From contig NC_135808.1 in NCBI RefSeq assembly GCF_964213995.1, positions 20,398,001 through 20,462,000 on the forward strand: a stretch of 64,000 bases of DNA, read 5' to 3'. Positions within the stretch are counted from its first letter, which is position 1. Each line of letters opens with the position of its first letter. Made by a program: the position numbers and the translations under genes. The stretch is from Mustelus asterias (taxonomy: Eukaryota). Below the pieces are notes generated by a model, which did not search any database, was not told where the DNA came from, and saw nothing but the letters and a program-made list of their open reading frames with translations. Shown in pieces: positions 25,445-38,528 of this stretch.

Positions 25445-28400
25445 TTTGCTAAGGCTACTGGGGAGTGTTCAAACTCGAATGGTTGGGGGGTGGGAATCAA
25501 AATGAGGTGACTGGGAGAGAGGAGGTTAGCTTAAAAATAAAAGGGTCTTGTAGACAGTGTGAGAGGGAGGATACGCAGGTGACGGAGAAGGGGAGCGCTC
25601 AGACCGAAGGGTTGAGATGTGTTTATATTCACGCAAGGAGTGTAGTGAACAAATTGGATGAGCTTAGAGCGTGGATCACTACTTGGAAGTGTGATGTGGT
25701 GGCCATTACAGAGACTTGGTTATCTCAGGGACAGGACTGGATACTTCAAGTGCCGGGTTTCAGATGTTTCAGGAGGGACAGGGAAGGAGGCAAAAGAGGT
25801 GGGGGAGTGGCACTGTTGATCAGGGATATTGCCACGGCTGTAGAAAAGATGGATGTCACAGAGGGATTGTCTACGGAATCTCTGTGGGTGGAGGTTCGCA
25901 ACAGGAAGGGGTCAATAACTTTACTGGGTGTTTTCTATAGGCCGCCCAATAGTAGCAGGGATGTGGAGGAGCAGATTGGGAAGCAGATCCTGGAGAGATG
26001 TGATAATAACAGAGTGGTCGTGATGGGAGATTTTAATTTCCCAAATATCGATTGGAATATCCCTAGGGTAAGGGGTTCAGATGGGGAGTTTGTTAGGTGT
26101 GTTCAGGAGGGCTTCCTGACACAGTATGTGGATAAGCCTACAAGAGGAGAGGCTGTACTTGATTTGGTATTCGGGAATGAACCTGGGCAGGTGTCAGATC
26201 TTTCAGTGGGAGAGCATTTTGGGGATGGTGATCATAACGTTATCTCCTTTACATTAGCATTTGAGAGAGATAGGATCAGTCCAACTAGGAAAGTGTTTAT
26301 TTGGAGTAAGGACAATTATGAGGCTATTAGGCAGGAAATTTGAGGCATAAATTGGAAGGAGGTTTTCTCAGGGAAATGTACAGAAGAAATGCGGCAAACT
26401 TTCAAGGAAAATTTGTCTGGAGCTCTGCACAGCAACGTTCCAATGAGACAGGGGAGTTATGGTAGGCTACAGGAACCATGGTGCACGAAAGCTGTAACGA
26501 ATTTAGTGAAGAAGAAAAGAAAAGCCTACAAAAGGTTCAGGGAGCTAGGTAATGTTAGAAATCTCGAAGAGTATACGACTAGTAGGAAGCAACTTAGAAC
26601 ATAGAACACAGAACATAGAAACACTACAGCACAAACAGGCCCTTCGGCCCACAAGTTGCGCCGGTCGTGTCCCTACCTACCTAGGCTTATAAATAGACTT
26701 ACCTATAACCCTCAATCCTATTAAGTCCCATGTACTCATCCAGAAGTCTCTTAAAAGACCCTATCGAGTTTGCCTCCACCACCACTGATGGCAGCCGATT
26801 CCACTCACCCACCACCCTCTGAGTCAAAAACTTACCCCTGAAATCTCCTCTGTACCTACTCCCCAGCAACTTAAACCTGTGTCCTCTCGTAGCAACCATT
26901 TCAGCCCTGGGAAAAAGCTTATGAGAGTCCACCCGATCTATACCTCTCAACATCTTGTAAACCTCTATCAGGTCAACTTAAGAGGGAAATTAGAAGAGCA
27001 AGAAGGGGTCATGAGAAGGCGTTGGCAGACAGGATAAAGGAAAACCCCAAGGCATTCCACAAGTATGTTAAGAGCAAAAATATAAGATATGAAGGAGTAG
27101 GACCTATCAAATGTGACGGTGGGAAAGTCTGTATAGAACCAGTAGAAATAGCAGAGGTACTCAATGAATACTTTAATTCAGTACTTAACAGTGGAACCGG
27201 ATCTTGGTAGTTGCAGTGCAGACTTGCAGTGGACTGAGAAGATTGAGCATGTGGACATTAGGAAAGAGGATGTGTTGGAGCTTTTGAAAAGCATCAAGTT
27301 AGATAAATCGCCGGGACCGGATGAGATGTACCCCAGGTTACTATGGGAGGCGAGGGAAGAGATTGCTGAGCCTCTGGTGATGATCTTTGCGTCATCAATG
27401 GAAACGGGAGAGGTTCCGGAGGATTGGAAGATTGCAGATGTGGTTCCATTATTCAAGAAAGGGAGAAGAGCTAGGCCGGGAAATTATAGACCAGTGAGTC
27501 TAACCTCAGTGGTTGGTAAGTTGATGGAAGAAATCCTGAAAGGCAGGATTTATGAACATCTGGAGAGAAATAGTATGATCAGAAATAGCGAGCACGGCTT
27601 TGTCCAAGGCAGATCATGTCTTATGAGCCTAATTGAATTTTTTGAAGATGTAGCTGGACACATAGACGAGGGAAGAGCGGTAGATGTAGTTTATATAGTT
27701 TTCAGCAAGGCGTTTGATAAGGTGCCCCATGCAAGGCTTATTGAGAAAATGAAGAGGCATGAGATACAAGGGGACATTGCTTTGTGGATTCAGAGCTGGC
27801 TTGCCCACAGAAGGCAAAGAGTGGTTGTAGATGGGTCTTTTTCAGCATGGAGGTCGGTCACCAGTGGAGTGCCCCAGGGATCTGTTCTGGGACCCTTGCT
27901 CTTTGTGATTTTTATAAATGACCTGGATGAGGAAGTGGAAGGATGGGTTGGCAAGTTTGCTGATGACACAAAGGTTGGTGGTGTTGTGGAATGTGTAGAG
28001 GGATGTTCGCAGTTGCAACGAGAGGCTACAGAAGGATATAGATAGGCTGGAAATTTGGGCAAAGAAATGGCAGATGGAGTTCAATCCAGACAAATGCGAA
28101 GTGATGGATTTTGGTAGAACTAACGTAGGGGGGAGCTATACAATAAATGGCAGAACCATAAAGGGTGTAGATACGCAGAGGGACCTGGGTGTGCAAGTCC
28201 ACAGATCCTTGAAGGTGACGTCACAGGTGGAGAAGGTAGTGAATAAGGCATATGGCATGCGTGCCTTTATCGGACGGGGCATAGAGTATAAAAGTTGGGG
28301 TCTGATGTTACAGATGTACAGAACGTTGGTGCGGCCGCATTTGGAATATTGCACCCAGTTCTGTTCGCCACATTACCAGAAGGACGTGGAGGCTTTAGAA

Positions 28401-28885
28401 AGAGTGCAGAGGAGGTTTACCAGGATGTTGCCTGGTATGGAGGGGCTTAGTTATGAGGAGAGATTGGGTAAACTGGGGTTGTTTTGACTGGAAAGACGGA
28501 GGATGAGGGGTGACCTAATAGAGGTGTATAAAATTATGAAAGGCATAGATAGGGTGAACGGTGGGATGCTTTTTCCCAGGTCGGTGGTGACGTTCCCGAG
28601 GGGTCATAGGTTCAAGGTGGGGGGGGGGGGGGCGGGGGGGAGGTTTAACACGGATATCAGAAGGACGTATTTTACACAGAGGGTGGGGGGGGGGGGGCCT
28701 GGAATGCGCTGCCGGGCAAGGTGGGTGGAGGCCGAGACACTGGGAACGTTTAAGACTTATCTAGATAGCCACATGAACGGAGTGGGAATGGAGGGATACA
28801 AAAGAATGGTCTAGTTTGGACCAGGTAGCGGTGCGGGCTTAGAGGGCCGAAGGGCCTATTCCTGTGCTGTATTGTTCTTTGTTCT
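25445..28885 (+). mobile_element. Near full-length CR1 ORF2 (APE endonuclease and RT), disrupted
   Basis: [58 protein letters not shown] and KFADDTK, with several stops and frameshifts. Confidence 0.95.
26597..26973 (-). mobile_element. CR1 3' fragment nested in the larger CR1
   Basis: Opposite orientation, TSD CAACTTA (26590-96 and 26974-80). Confidence 0.9.
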
Positions 28886-28889
28886 TTGA

Positions 28890-29997
28890 GACATAGATAA
28901 GATGCAAGACTGGGCAGAGAAGTGGCAAATGGACTTCAAACCAGATAAGTGTGTGGTGGTTCATTTTGGCAGGTCGAATAGGATGAAAGAATGTAATATT
29001 AAGGGTAAGATCCCAGGCAAGGTTGAAGATCAGAAGGATCTTGGGGTCCGAGTTCATAGGAGGCTCAAAGCAGCGTCGCAGGTAGAGCCTGTGGTTAAGA
29101 AGACGTATGGAATACTGGCCTTCATCAATAGAAGAATTGAGTTTAGAAATCGGGAGATAATGCTGCAGCTGTATAGGACCCTGGTCAGACCCCACCTGGA
29201 GTTTGCACATTCTCCTCGTGTCTGCGTGGGTTTCCTCTGGGTGCTCCGGTTCCCTCCCACAGTCCAAAGATGTGCGGGTTAGGTTGATTGGCCATGCTAC
29301 AAATTGCCCCTGAGAGTCCTGAGATGCGTAGGTTAGAGGGATTAGCGTGTAAATATGTAGGGATATGGGGGTAGGGCCTGGGTGGGATTGTGGCCGGTGC
29401 AGACTCGATGGGCCAAATGGCCTCTTTCTGCACTGTAGGGTTTCTATGATTTGATTTATATGATTCTATGATTTGATTACTGTGCCCAGTTCTGGCCGCC
29501 TCATTACAGAAGAGATGTGGAAGCCATAGAAAGGGTGCAGAGGAGATTTACAAGGATGTTGCCTGGATTAGGTGGCATGCCTTATGAGGATAGGTTAAGA
29601 GAGCGAGGTCTTTTCTCCTTGGAGAAGCGAAGGATGAGAGATGACCTGATAGAGGTGTATAAGATGTTGAGAGGTATTGATAGAGTGGAGTCTCAGATGT
29701 TTTTACCCAGGGCTGAAATGGCTGCCACAAGAGGTCACAGGTTTAGGGTGCTGGGGAGTAGGTACAGAGAAGATGTTAGGGGTAAGTTTTTCACTCAGAG
29801 GGTGTTGGGTGCGTGGAATCGGCTGCCGGTAGTGTTGGTGGAGGCGGATTCGATAGGGTCTTTTAAGAGACTTTTGCATACGTTAATGGAAGTTAGTAAG
29901 AGAGAGGGTTGTAGGTAAGCCTCACAGGTAGGGACATGCTCAGCGAAACTTGTGGGCCGAAGGGCCTGTTTGTGCTGTAGCTTTTCTATGTTCTATC
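28890..29997 (+). mobile_element. CR1 3' fragment interrupted by an HE1 SINE (about 29196-29475)
   Basis: WAEKWQMDFKPDKC...RPHLE, then the SINE, then YCAQFW...ERVQRRFTRMLPG. Confidence 0.9.
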
Positions 29998-30833
29998 TAT
30001 GAAACTAGATGGCAGTTAATTTTGGTCGTAAATAATTTAACATAAAACTTCAGATAAGTCAACAGTGTTATTGCGTGTGAGAAAGTGTCTGGTGCTCCGG
30101 AACGAGAATATTTTCAGTAATATTGGGGTGCCTGTTCAGAATAACCCTTGTCAAACGTTCGTGGTCATTCCAATCTCAGTGTCAGCGGGTAAATGGAAAT
30201 AGGAACAGCTATAAAGTAAGGGGTCGCCCATTTGAACGGGAGATGAGGCTAATTTATTTCTCTCGGAGGGCCGTGGGTCTCTGGAAATATCTTTCTGACA
30301 AGCAAGGCTTTGAGTATATTTAAGACGAGATGGATAGATCCATGGTAAGCAAGGGGGTTAACGTAGTGACAGACAGGGTACAGAGTTGAGGTTACTATCA
30401 GATCAGCCAGCCAACCTTATGAAATGTTATAGCAGGTTCGATGGGATAAATGGCTGACTCTTGTTCCTTGTTTGTACGTTCATGTGAAAGTTAACATTTG
30501 CCAGATTAGCGGAACGCATCATTCACTCAACCGGAGTAACATTTTTAACATTAATCGTCGAGGTCTTTTCAAATTCCTGTGCAATCTATTAACAAGACAA
30601 GAGCCAATGGCAGCAAACGTCCCATCACCATACTTCTATTTGGGAGCACCAACATCCATGATTTAGTACAAGGCCAATCAGCATGTGAGTATGAAGAATG
30701 CAATAATCTCCATCCGTGTTTGACATTCTCTCCCCGGAAGAACGCCAGAGGCAAGTCAAATGTTTGAACTTTCTTTTAACATTGGACATCCCGTCACCAT
30801 GAGAAGCGGATTTTATTTTGCTTCCGCTCTCAG

Positions 30834-30988
30834 ATCTCCATGGTGCAGTGAATTCAGGATACCCCAGCGGGAGGAGTGTAGCTTCTAACGGAGCCCATCC
30901 AATCACCACCCCCCACGCTCCTCCTCGCACCATCTCCCACCTCTCAACCCACAATCCCAATGAAGGGAAAGTAGCAACGAAGTGTTAA
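30834..30988 (+). CDS. Candidate alternative terminal (secretory tail or stalk) exon of gene A
   Basis: Strong acceptor ttttattttgcttccgctctcag. The phase-1 reading from the V exon is open for 51 residues: DLHGAVNSGYPSGRSVASNGAHPITTPHAPPRTISHLSTHNPNEGKVATKC*. No transcript evidence and no nearby canonical AATAAA. Confidence 0.5.
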
Positions 30989-31751
30989 GTTGCCTTACAT
31001 TGAAATTCACGCGGAAGGATGAGAATCTCTCCGGTTGACAACAATTGTCATATTGCTTTTTTAATTATTGATTCGGTAGAAAGGCAAGGTAGTGATGCAG
31101 CAACATCATGTCACATTGAATATGGGCACCGCAATTCAGGAATGATGTGAAGAATTTAGAAAGGGTGCAGCAAAAACCGCATCTTCAGTTTCGTGGATAG
31201 ACTCGTGAAACTGGGATGGTTGGCATTAGACAAGACAGGATTGAAAACAGATTTGATGCACGCATCGTCTGATATTCTGACTAAAGTGACAACAATATTG
31301 AGTTAAAAATGATAGCAATTGCTGTGATCCATATAATGAACAAAAGAGGTTCAACTTCAGGAAGCTAAAGTTTCAAGTAAAAGGTATGGGTGGGAAATCA
31401 TGTCCCAAACGTTTGCTCTTTAACAAGTTGAGGGTCATGCAGGGTTATTGCAGGGTGGATGTTCCCGATGGTGGGGGGTGGGGGGGTCCAGAACCAGGGG
31501 TCACAGTCTGAGGATTCAGGGTGGACCATTTAGGATGGAGGTGAGGAGACATTTCTTCACCCAAAGAGTGGTGAGTCCGTGGAATTCATTAGCACAGGAA
31601 GTAGTTGATGTCAAAACATTGAATGTATTCAAGAGGCAGCTGGATATAGCACTTAGGGCGAATGGGATCAAAGGTTATGGGGAAAAAGCAGGATTAGGTT
31701 TAGATTAGTTGGCTGATCAGCCACGATCGTAATGAATGGCCAAATGGCCTC

Positions 31752-31825
31752 CAAAGTAGAGCTGGTGGGAATCGGTGCCGCCTATGGAGCCGGGACCACA
31801 GTGACCGTGAGCCGTGGCGAAGCTG
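31752..31825 (+). pseudogene. Orphan copy of the 3' end (CDR3/J-like part) of the gene A V exon
   Basis: 71/74 identical to 24270-24343 (KVELVGIGAAYGAGTTVTVSRGEA). The donor is mutated gtaagt>ataagt and the 5' side is fused to a CR1 3' UTR. Confidence 0.9.
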
Positions 31826-33140
31826 ATAAGTGTGAAATGGAGGATTTATTCTTACAAATCTAAGTGCACCGAGTCGTAGGAGAAATAGATTAGTGGCAAA
31901 CATCACCTGTATAAGTCAATTTGACCACCCAAGTCCAATTTGAAGACCTAAATTGCAAACTCCACTAAAAGAAGCAGAAGGCAATTGCTGCACTGGGAGC
32001 ACCACCTAGTACCGCCCCCCCCCCCCCCCCCCACCCCGCCCCAATTCAGACAACATCCTGACTTTGAAATAAATGGAACACCCCTTCACTCCGTCAAAAT
32101 CCTTTAACGCCCTCCCCAACAGCTCTGCGAGTGCGGTACATACACCAGATAAGGCGGCAGATGTTCAAGAAGACCGTCAGAACGACCTTCACAATGGGGC
32201 ATCCTGGCACAATGAGTGTTAGCCTTGCTGGCGGCGACTGTTTCCTGACAATGATTTATTTACAGGGAACCAGCTTATAGGATTAATATTATTGCAATGG
32301 AGAGAGACGATAGATAATATGGTTAAGGAGGCATATGAGATACTTGTCTTTATTCGTTGAGGATTAGAGTGTGAGGATGCAGGCCATGCTGGAACTGAAT
32401 AAAACATTGTTGGACCACAGTTTGAGTGCTGTGCACAGATCTGGTCACCACATTATTGTTAGGATGCAATTGCATTCGAAAGGGTGCAGGGGAAATTTAC
32501 CTCAGCTGGAGGGTCTTAGCTATGAGGAGAGCTTTGTTAGTCTGGTATTGCTTTCCTCGGAGCAGTGAAGGTTGAAAGGCGCCCTGATAGACGTGTATAA
32601 AATAATGAGGGACATTGATAGGGTGGATAGGAAGACACATTTTTCCATTAGTGGAGGGGTCAATAACGAGGGGAATAGATTTAAGGCAAGTGGCAGAATG
32701 TTAAGGGGGGAGTTGAGGAGAAATATTTTCACCCAGACGATGATGGGAATCTGGAACTCACTGCCTGAAAGGGTGGTGGGGGCAAACACTCTTGTAACAT
32801 TTAAGAAGTATTTAAATATTCACTTGCCGCAATCTCCAGGGCCATGGGCCAAGCACTGGAAAATGGGATTGGTGCAATCAGATCTTTGTTGAGCCGCATG
32901 GACACGATAGGCCGAATGGCCTCGTCCTGCGCTGTAAATGTCTATGAATCTGGACCTTGGTTAAGTTCGGGTACAACATTTGAGGGAAAACATCAGATCT
33001 GTCAATATTATTGTGTGAGAAAGAGTCTGGTGCTTCCTAATGACGTTATGGGGAAAAAGCAGGATTATGTTTAGATTAGTTGGATGGTCAGCCACGATCG
33101 TAATGAATGGCGGAGCTGGCTCGAAAGGCCAAATGGCCTC

Positions 33141-33214
33141 CAAAGTAGAGCTGGTGGGAATCGGTGCCGCCTATGGAGCCGGGACCACAGTGACCGTGAG
33201 CCGTGGCGAAGCTG
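33141..33214 (+). pseudogene. Second orphan copy of the J-like 3' end of the V exon
   Basis: Part of a near-identical duplication of about 31680-32150 at about 33050-33565, with the same dead donor ataagt. Confidence 0.9.
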
Positions 33215-33645
33215 ATAAGTGTGAAATGGAGGATTTATTCTTACAAATCTAAGTGCACCGAGTCGTAGGAGAAATAGATTAGTGGCAAACATCACCTGTA
33301 TAATTCAATTTGACCACCCAAGTCCAATTTGAAGACCCAAATTGCAAACTCCACTAAAAGAAGCAGAAGGCAATTGCTGCACTGGGAGCACCACCTTTTA
33401 CCGCCGCCCTGCCCGCCCCCCCCCCCCCCCCCGCCCCCCACCCCCCCGCCCTAATTCAGACAACATCCTGACTTTGAAATAAATGGAACACCCCTTCACT
33501 CCGTCAAAATCCTTTAACGCCCTCCACAACAGCTCTGCGAGTGCGGTACATACACCAGATAAGGCAATTCCAGCAATAATGGGGTGCCTATTTAGAATAA
33601 CTCATGTCAAACGTTCGTGAACATTTCTTTTGTTTCCACTCTCAG

Positions 33646-33771
33646 ATCTCTCAGATGCGGTGGATTCAGGAAGCCGCAGCTGGAGGAGTGCAGCTCCTAA
33701 CGTAGCGCATCCAACTACCCCCGCTCCCTATCAATAATCTCAATGAAAGGAAAGCAGCGCCAACCTGTTAA
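33646..33771 (+). pseudogene. Duplicate of the candidate tail exon with a frameshifting deletion
   Basis: Acceptor ttcttttgtttccactctcag. Reads DLSDAVDSGSRSWRSAAPNVAHPTTPAPYQ* (stop 33735-37). The shifted frame retains NNLNERKAAPTC*, homologous to the end of copy 1. Confidence 0.55.
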
Positions 33772-36384
33772 ATCTCCTTGTAGCAAAATTCATGCCGTGT
33801 GAACTAAAGAATGGGATTCCTTTTGCTTTTTCATTGGTGACTCGGTACAAATGCAGGACAGCAATGCAGCAACTTCGTATTACACTTATTAGAGCGCCAG
33901 AATTCAGGAATGATGTGCAGGATTTAATAAGGGTGCAGCAAAAGCGAATCTTCAGTTACGTGGATAGATTGGTATAGACAGATTGTTTCGCCTTAGGAGA
34001 ATATTGCGAGCAGATTTGACACAAGCATTCAGAATCATGAAGGATATAGACAAGATAAATGGAGAGAAACTGTTCGCATTGTTGGGAGGGTCGAAAACAA
34101 AAGGACATCCAAGGACAGAGGAACATAAGAATTATGTGAGCAGGAGTAAACCATTCGATCCCTCGAACCTGCCCCGCCATTTGATGAGTTAATGGCTGAT
34201 CTGATGTGCCAGTTACTCCACTTTCCTGCCTACCTCCTATATCTCTTGACTCCCTTGTCAATCAAGAATTCCCTAACAACTTCGAATATATTCAATGACT
34301 TAGCCTCCATTGTTTTTTTAAAAATTCGTTCATAGGGTGTGGCCGGGTCAACAGTTATTGCCCATCCCCAGTTGCCCCTGAACTGAGTGCCTTGTTAGAG
34401 AGCACTTAAAGGTCAACCACATTGCTGTGGACCTGGAGTCACATGTAGGCCAGACCACGTATGTGTGGTCGATTGCCGTCCCTAAAATGAACCAGATGGC
34501 TTGAAGAGGCAGAGAATTCCAGGTACTAACGACCCTCTGAGAGAATGCATTCCTACATAATTTAAGTCTTAAAAGCGAACATCCTTATTTGTAAACTGTG
34601 TCCCAGTTCAAGATGCCTCCACAATGATGAAAATGCGAACCTACTCGATCCTGCTCCGCCATTCAATAAGTTAATGGTTGATCTAATCGTAACCTCAGCA
34701 GCACAAACCTGTTTACTCCCGATAACGTTTCATTCCCTTATTAATCAAGAATCTATCTAATGCTGCCCTAAAAATATTCAAAGACTCTGCTTCCACTACA
34801 TTAAGATAGAGAGTTTCAGAGACACAAGATCCTTTGAGAGACAAAATATTTCCTCATCTCTGTCTTAAATGAATGACCCGTTATCTCTAAACAGTGAACC
34901 TTAGTTCTAGATTCTCCAATAAGAGAAAAAGGTCCTCGACATATCCACCCTGTCAATACCTCTCAGGATCTTAAATGGGGCGAATGGGATCAAAGGTTAT
35001 GGGGAGAAAACAGGATTAGCTATTGAGTTGGATGATCAGCCATGATCGTAATGAATGGTGGAGCAAGCTCGAAGGGCCAAATGGTTCCTCCTGCTCCTAT
35101 CTTCTATGTTTCTATGTATATGTTTCTATGTTTAGATCAAGTTGCCTCTTCTCTTCTGAACTCTAATGGATACAAACCTAACCTCTCCAAACTTTCCTCA
35201 TTTCCTCATTTCCGCGCATTCTTGTGATTAGCCTCACAAACCTTTTCATGCATTTACATCTTCCCTTAAATAAAGAGATCAATACTGCACATAATACTCT
35301 CGATGTGATCTCCCTAATGTCATGTGTAGCTGAAGCATAACTTCCTGCTTTTCTAATCAATTTTCCTCATAACAAATGATAACATTCTATTAGCTTTCGG
35401 GTGGCACGGTGGTACAGTGATTAGCACTGCTGCCTCACAGCGCCAGGGACTCGGGTTCGATTCTGGCCTCGGGTCACTGTCTGTGTGGAGTTTGCACATT
35501 GTCCCGTGTCTGTGTGCGTTTCCTCCGGGTGCTCCGGTTTCCCCCCACTGTCCAAAGATGTGTGGGTTAGGTGGATTGACCATGCTAAATTGCCCCTTTG
35601 TGTCAGGGGGATATGCAAGGTAAATATGTGGGGTTACGGGGATAGGGCCTGGGTGGAATTGTGGTCGGTGCAAATGGGCTGAATGGCCTCCTTCTGCACT
35701 GTAGGGACTCTATGATTCTAATTACTTGCTATACCTGTGTACTAGACTTTTGTGACTCAAGTACGAGGATACCCAGATCCCTCTGCACATCAGAGCTCTG
35801 CAATCTCTCACCATTTAGGTAACACGTTTATTATACTCCTCCTGACAGAGTGGATATTTCGCATTTGCCATCATTATATTACATTTGCCAGAGTTATGCC
35901 CAGTCACTTGGTCTATCGATGCTCCATCTAGCCTCCTTGCAACATCTTAACAATTTACTTTCCTGCCTATCTTTGTGCTGTCCGAAAATTAAGCAACCAT
36001 ACCTCAGACCTTCACCCATGTTATTTATATCAACTGTAAAACGTTGAGGCCTCAGCTTAATGCAAGGAGAACGCAATATCAAAGTAAGGACACCACATCC
36101 TGCCAACTAGAAAAACACCCATCTCTCGCAACTCTCTGTTTCCTGTTAACTAAACACTCTTCTATCCGTGTCGAAATGCAACCCCCTAGGAGCTTTTATT
36201 TCACGCAATAATCTTTGATGTGGCACCTTATCAATATTATATTAAAACGCCTCTCGAACCCCACCCTGTCAAGCACCTCATTATCTTAAATGTTTCAATA
36301 AGATCACCGCTCATTTGCCTGAGCGCCAGTGAGTATAGGCCCAGTCTGCAGCATATTTCCTCAGAAGACAACTTGACTTTATGT

Positions 36385-36850
36385 AAAAGCAAAATACTGC
36401 GGATGCTGGAAATCTGAAATAAATAACTGAAAAATTTGGAAAGACTCAGCAGGTCTGGCAGCATCTGTGGAGTGAAACAGACTCAAGATTTCGAGTACCC
36501 ATGATTTTTCTTCAGAGTTAATGAGAGGGACAAATATACATTGTATAAGGCAAAGCAGCTGGAGTAGAATAGAGAGTCACTATAGGTGGGAGATCGGAGA
36601 GACTGCAACAAAAAGCACAGGCCACGAGGCAGATAAAGTATTAATGACAGTTTGAAGGAATATATAATGTTACTGGGAGATCAAAGCCAGTGCTGAGCGA
36701 ATGCAAAACCTAAAACCAAGTGACAGGGTGCCAAGGGGGGGAGGGTGGGGAAAGGTTTTGGCCTTGGGACATTAGATGTTTTGGAAAAGAAAGGGGTCAA
36801 GATGGAGGAAAACATCACAGTTAAAAGTTGTTGGACTCAATGTTGTGCCT
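36385..36850 (-). mobile_element. PLE 3' fragment (same family as the ERV host repeat)
   Basis: aaaagcaaaatactgcggatgctggaaatctgaaat... end, with a degenerate CTGAAGA...GAAA core near 36490-36517 on the minus strand. Confidence 0.6.
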
Positions 36851-37934
36851 TGAAGATATTTTGGGGGAAATATTATTTACACAGGGGGTGGTTTGGCTCT
36901 GCAATGCACTGACCAAGAACGTGGTGGAGGCTCATTGAATTCTAATTCCCTCTCAACAGGAAATTAATAGTTATCCAAAGGAAAATATATCGCAGGCTGC
37001 TGGAAAATGGCGGGGACTGTGACGAGCTAAACATTAGTTGCAGAGAGCTAGCACAGGTGTCACAGCCGAAACACATTCTTCTTTACTGTAACCATTCTCA
37101 AAATCTATGACCATGGCAAATTGAATGTATTGCTTAATGCAAGGGGAATGTAATGGAAAAGTAGGGGTGTTTTGCTCCAGTTTTACAGGGCATTGCTCAG
37201 ACCACACCTGATGAGTAGTGTACTGGTCTACCTACTTAAGAAAAGATGCAATTGTATTAGAAACAGTTCGTAGCAAGTTCACTCTACTGATTTCTGGGAT
37301 GAAGGGGTTCTCTAACGAGAAAGGTTGTATAGGCTGGGCCTGTATCTATTGGATTTTAGAAGAATGAGCGGTGATCACCTTGAAACATATAGGATACTGT
37401 GGGGACTTGACAGGGTGGATGCTAAGATGGTGTTTCCCCTTGTGGGAGAGATTAGAACTAGGTACACTCTTTAAAAATAAGGGGGTTGCCATTTAAGATG
37501 GAGTTGAGGATAGATAACGGACATAAATCTTCTCATTGTTTCTTTATTGTGTCCACTGTTGTTTAGAGTACTTAATTAGAATAATTATACAACATTGCCG
37601 ATGGCTATTTCTTTCAATTTGCTGCTTCTTAAGAAAGCGAGAGGCTTGCAGTGAGGTGCAGAAACTTTAAGAAACTTGATAAGGCGCCAAGAAACTAGTC
37701 GCTCTATTTGATTATCATTGAGAACAAGTGGTCGGTGGCAAATAGATCCTCATGTTTGAGGCCTTGTGAACTTGAATGAGTTGGATTATTCATAGGCTGA
37801 GCCCACGAGCCCGCCACATTATCACCTCTTCGGAGAGGGCATATCCCCTAAAAGTGTGTTAGCCCCTTGCGTTACAAGTTGCCTTGGGCCAGCAAAAGGG
37901 TATGGAGATTTTAAGAGCTGTTCTAATCCCATAG

Positions 37935-38067
37935 ATTCCGGAACAGAATATAACCAAAAAAAGAGCTTCTTCAGCGACTCCAAGACACTGTGGTACTTTC
38001 GTGCAGGGCTGATATCTTCACTGGTTGTTATTGGAATGGTCCTCGCTGTGTGCTTCGGCCAGAAGAG
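37935..38067 (+). CDS. NCR3: NKp30/NCR3-like gene A, stalk and TM exon with charged Arg
   Basis: Acceptor aatcccatag, donor AG|gtaagg. Phase-1 reading DSGTEYNQKKSFFSDSKTLWYFRAGLISSLVVIGMVLAVCFGQK; YFRAG matches the LLRAG TM motif of NKp30. Confidence 0.88.
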
Positions 38068-38147
38068 GTAAGGGGAAAGATAGACGATATATGTACTATT
38101 TCCTCTTTGAGACTCGTATAATTATATGGAGCAGCAGATACATACCA

Positions 38148-38528
38148 GGGCGAGATTCTCCGGTCTCCCAGCCGCATGTTTCCCGCCGGCGGGAGGGTGC
38201 GTTGTTTGTTAGCGGTGGGATTTTCTGGTTCTTCCACTGTCAATGGGAATTTCCATTGACGTCACCTCACGGGTGGGCGGCAAACTAGCGGGCGGGGGCG
38301 CGTTGCCGGCCGGACCCGAGAATGCCGCCGGCGTGAACGACAGGAGAGTTCCTGTCCCAATTTTCCATTGCTGCCGATGTCTCCGGCGGTTTGCGTGGCT
38401 GGCCCGTGCCGCCGGGGAACTCGCCGCACGGGGGTCGGTTGGGGGAGGGGGCGGGGGGTTGCCTTCGGCTGGAGCGGAGGATCACGTTGATTTGCTTCCG
38501 CCTGCGGGAAGGTCGAAAGATCTCGCCC
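38148..38528. mobile_element. GC-rich MITE-like element, possibly PIF/Harbinger-type
   Basis: Terminal inverted repeats GGGCGAGAT...ATCTCGCCC and a CpG-rich interior. No clean TSD. Confidence 0.6.

Noticed and set aside
31680-33214. Rearranging J segments of a V(D)J locus
   Set aside because: No heptamer-spacer-nonamer upstream (the flank is a CR1 3' UTR), the donors are GT>AT mutated, and the functional V exon already contains its J-like strand.
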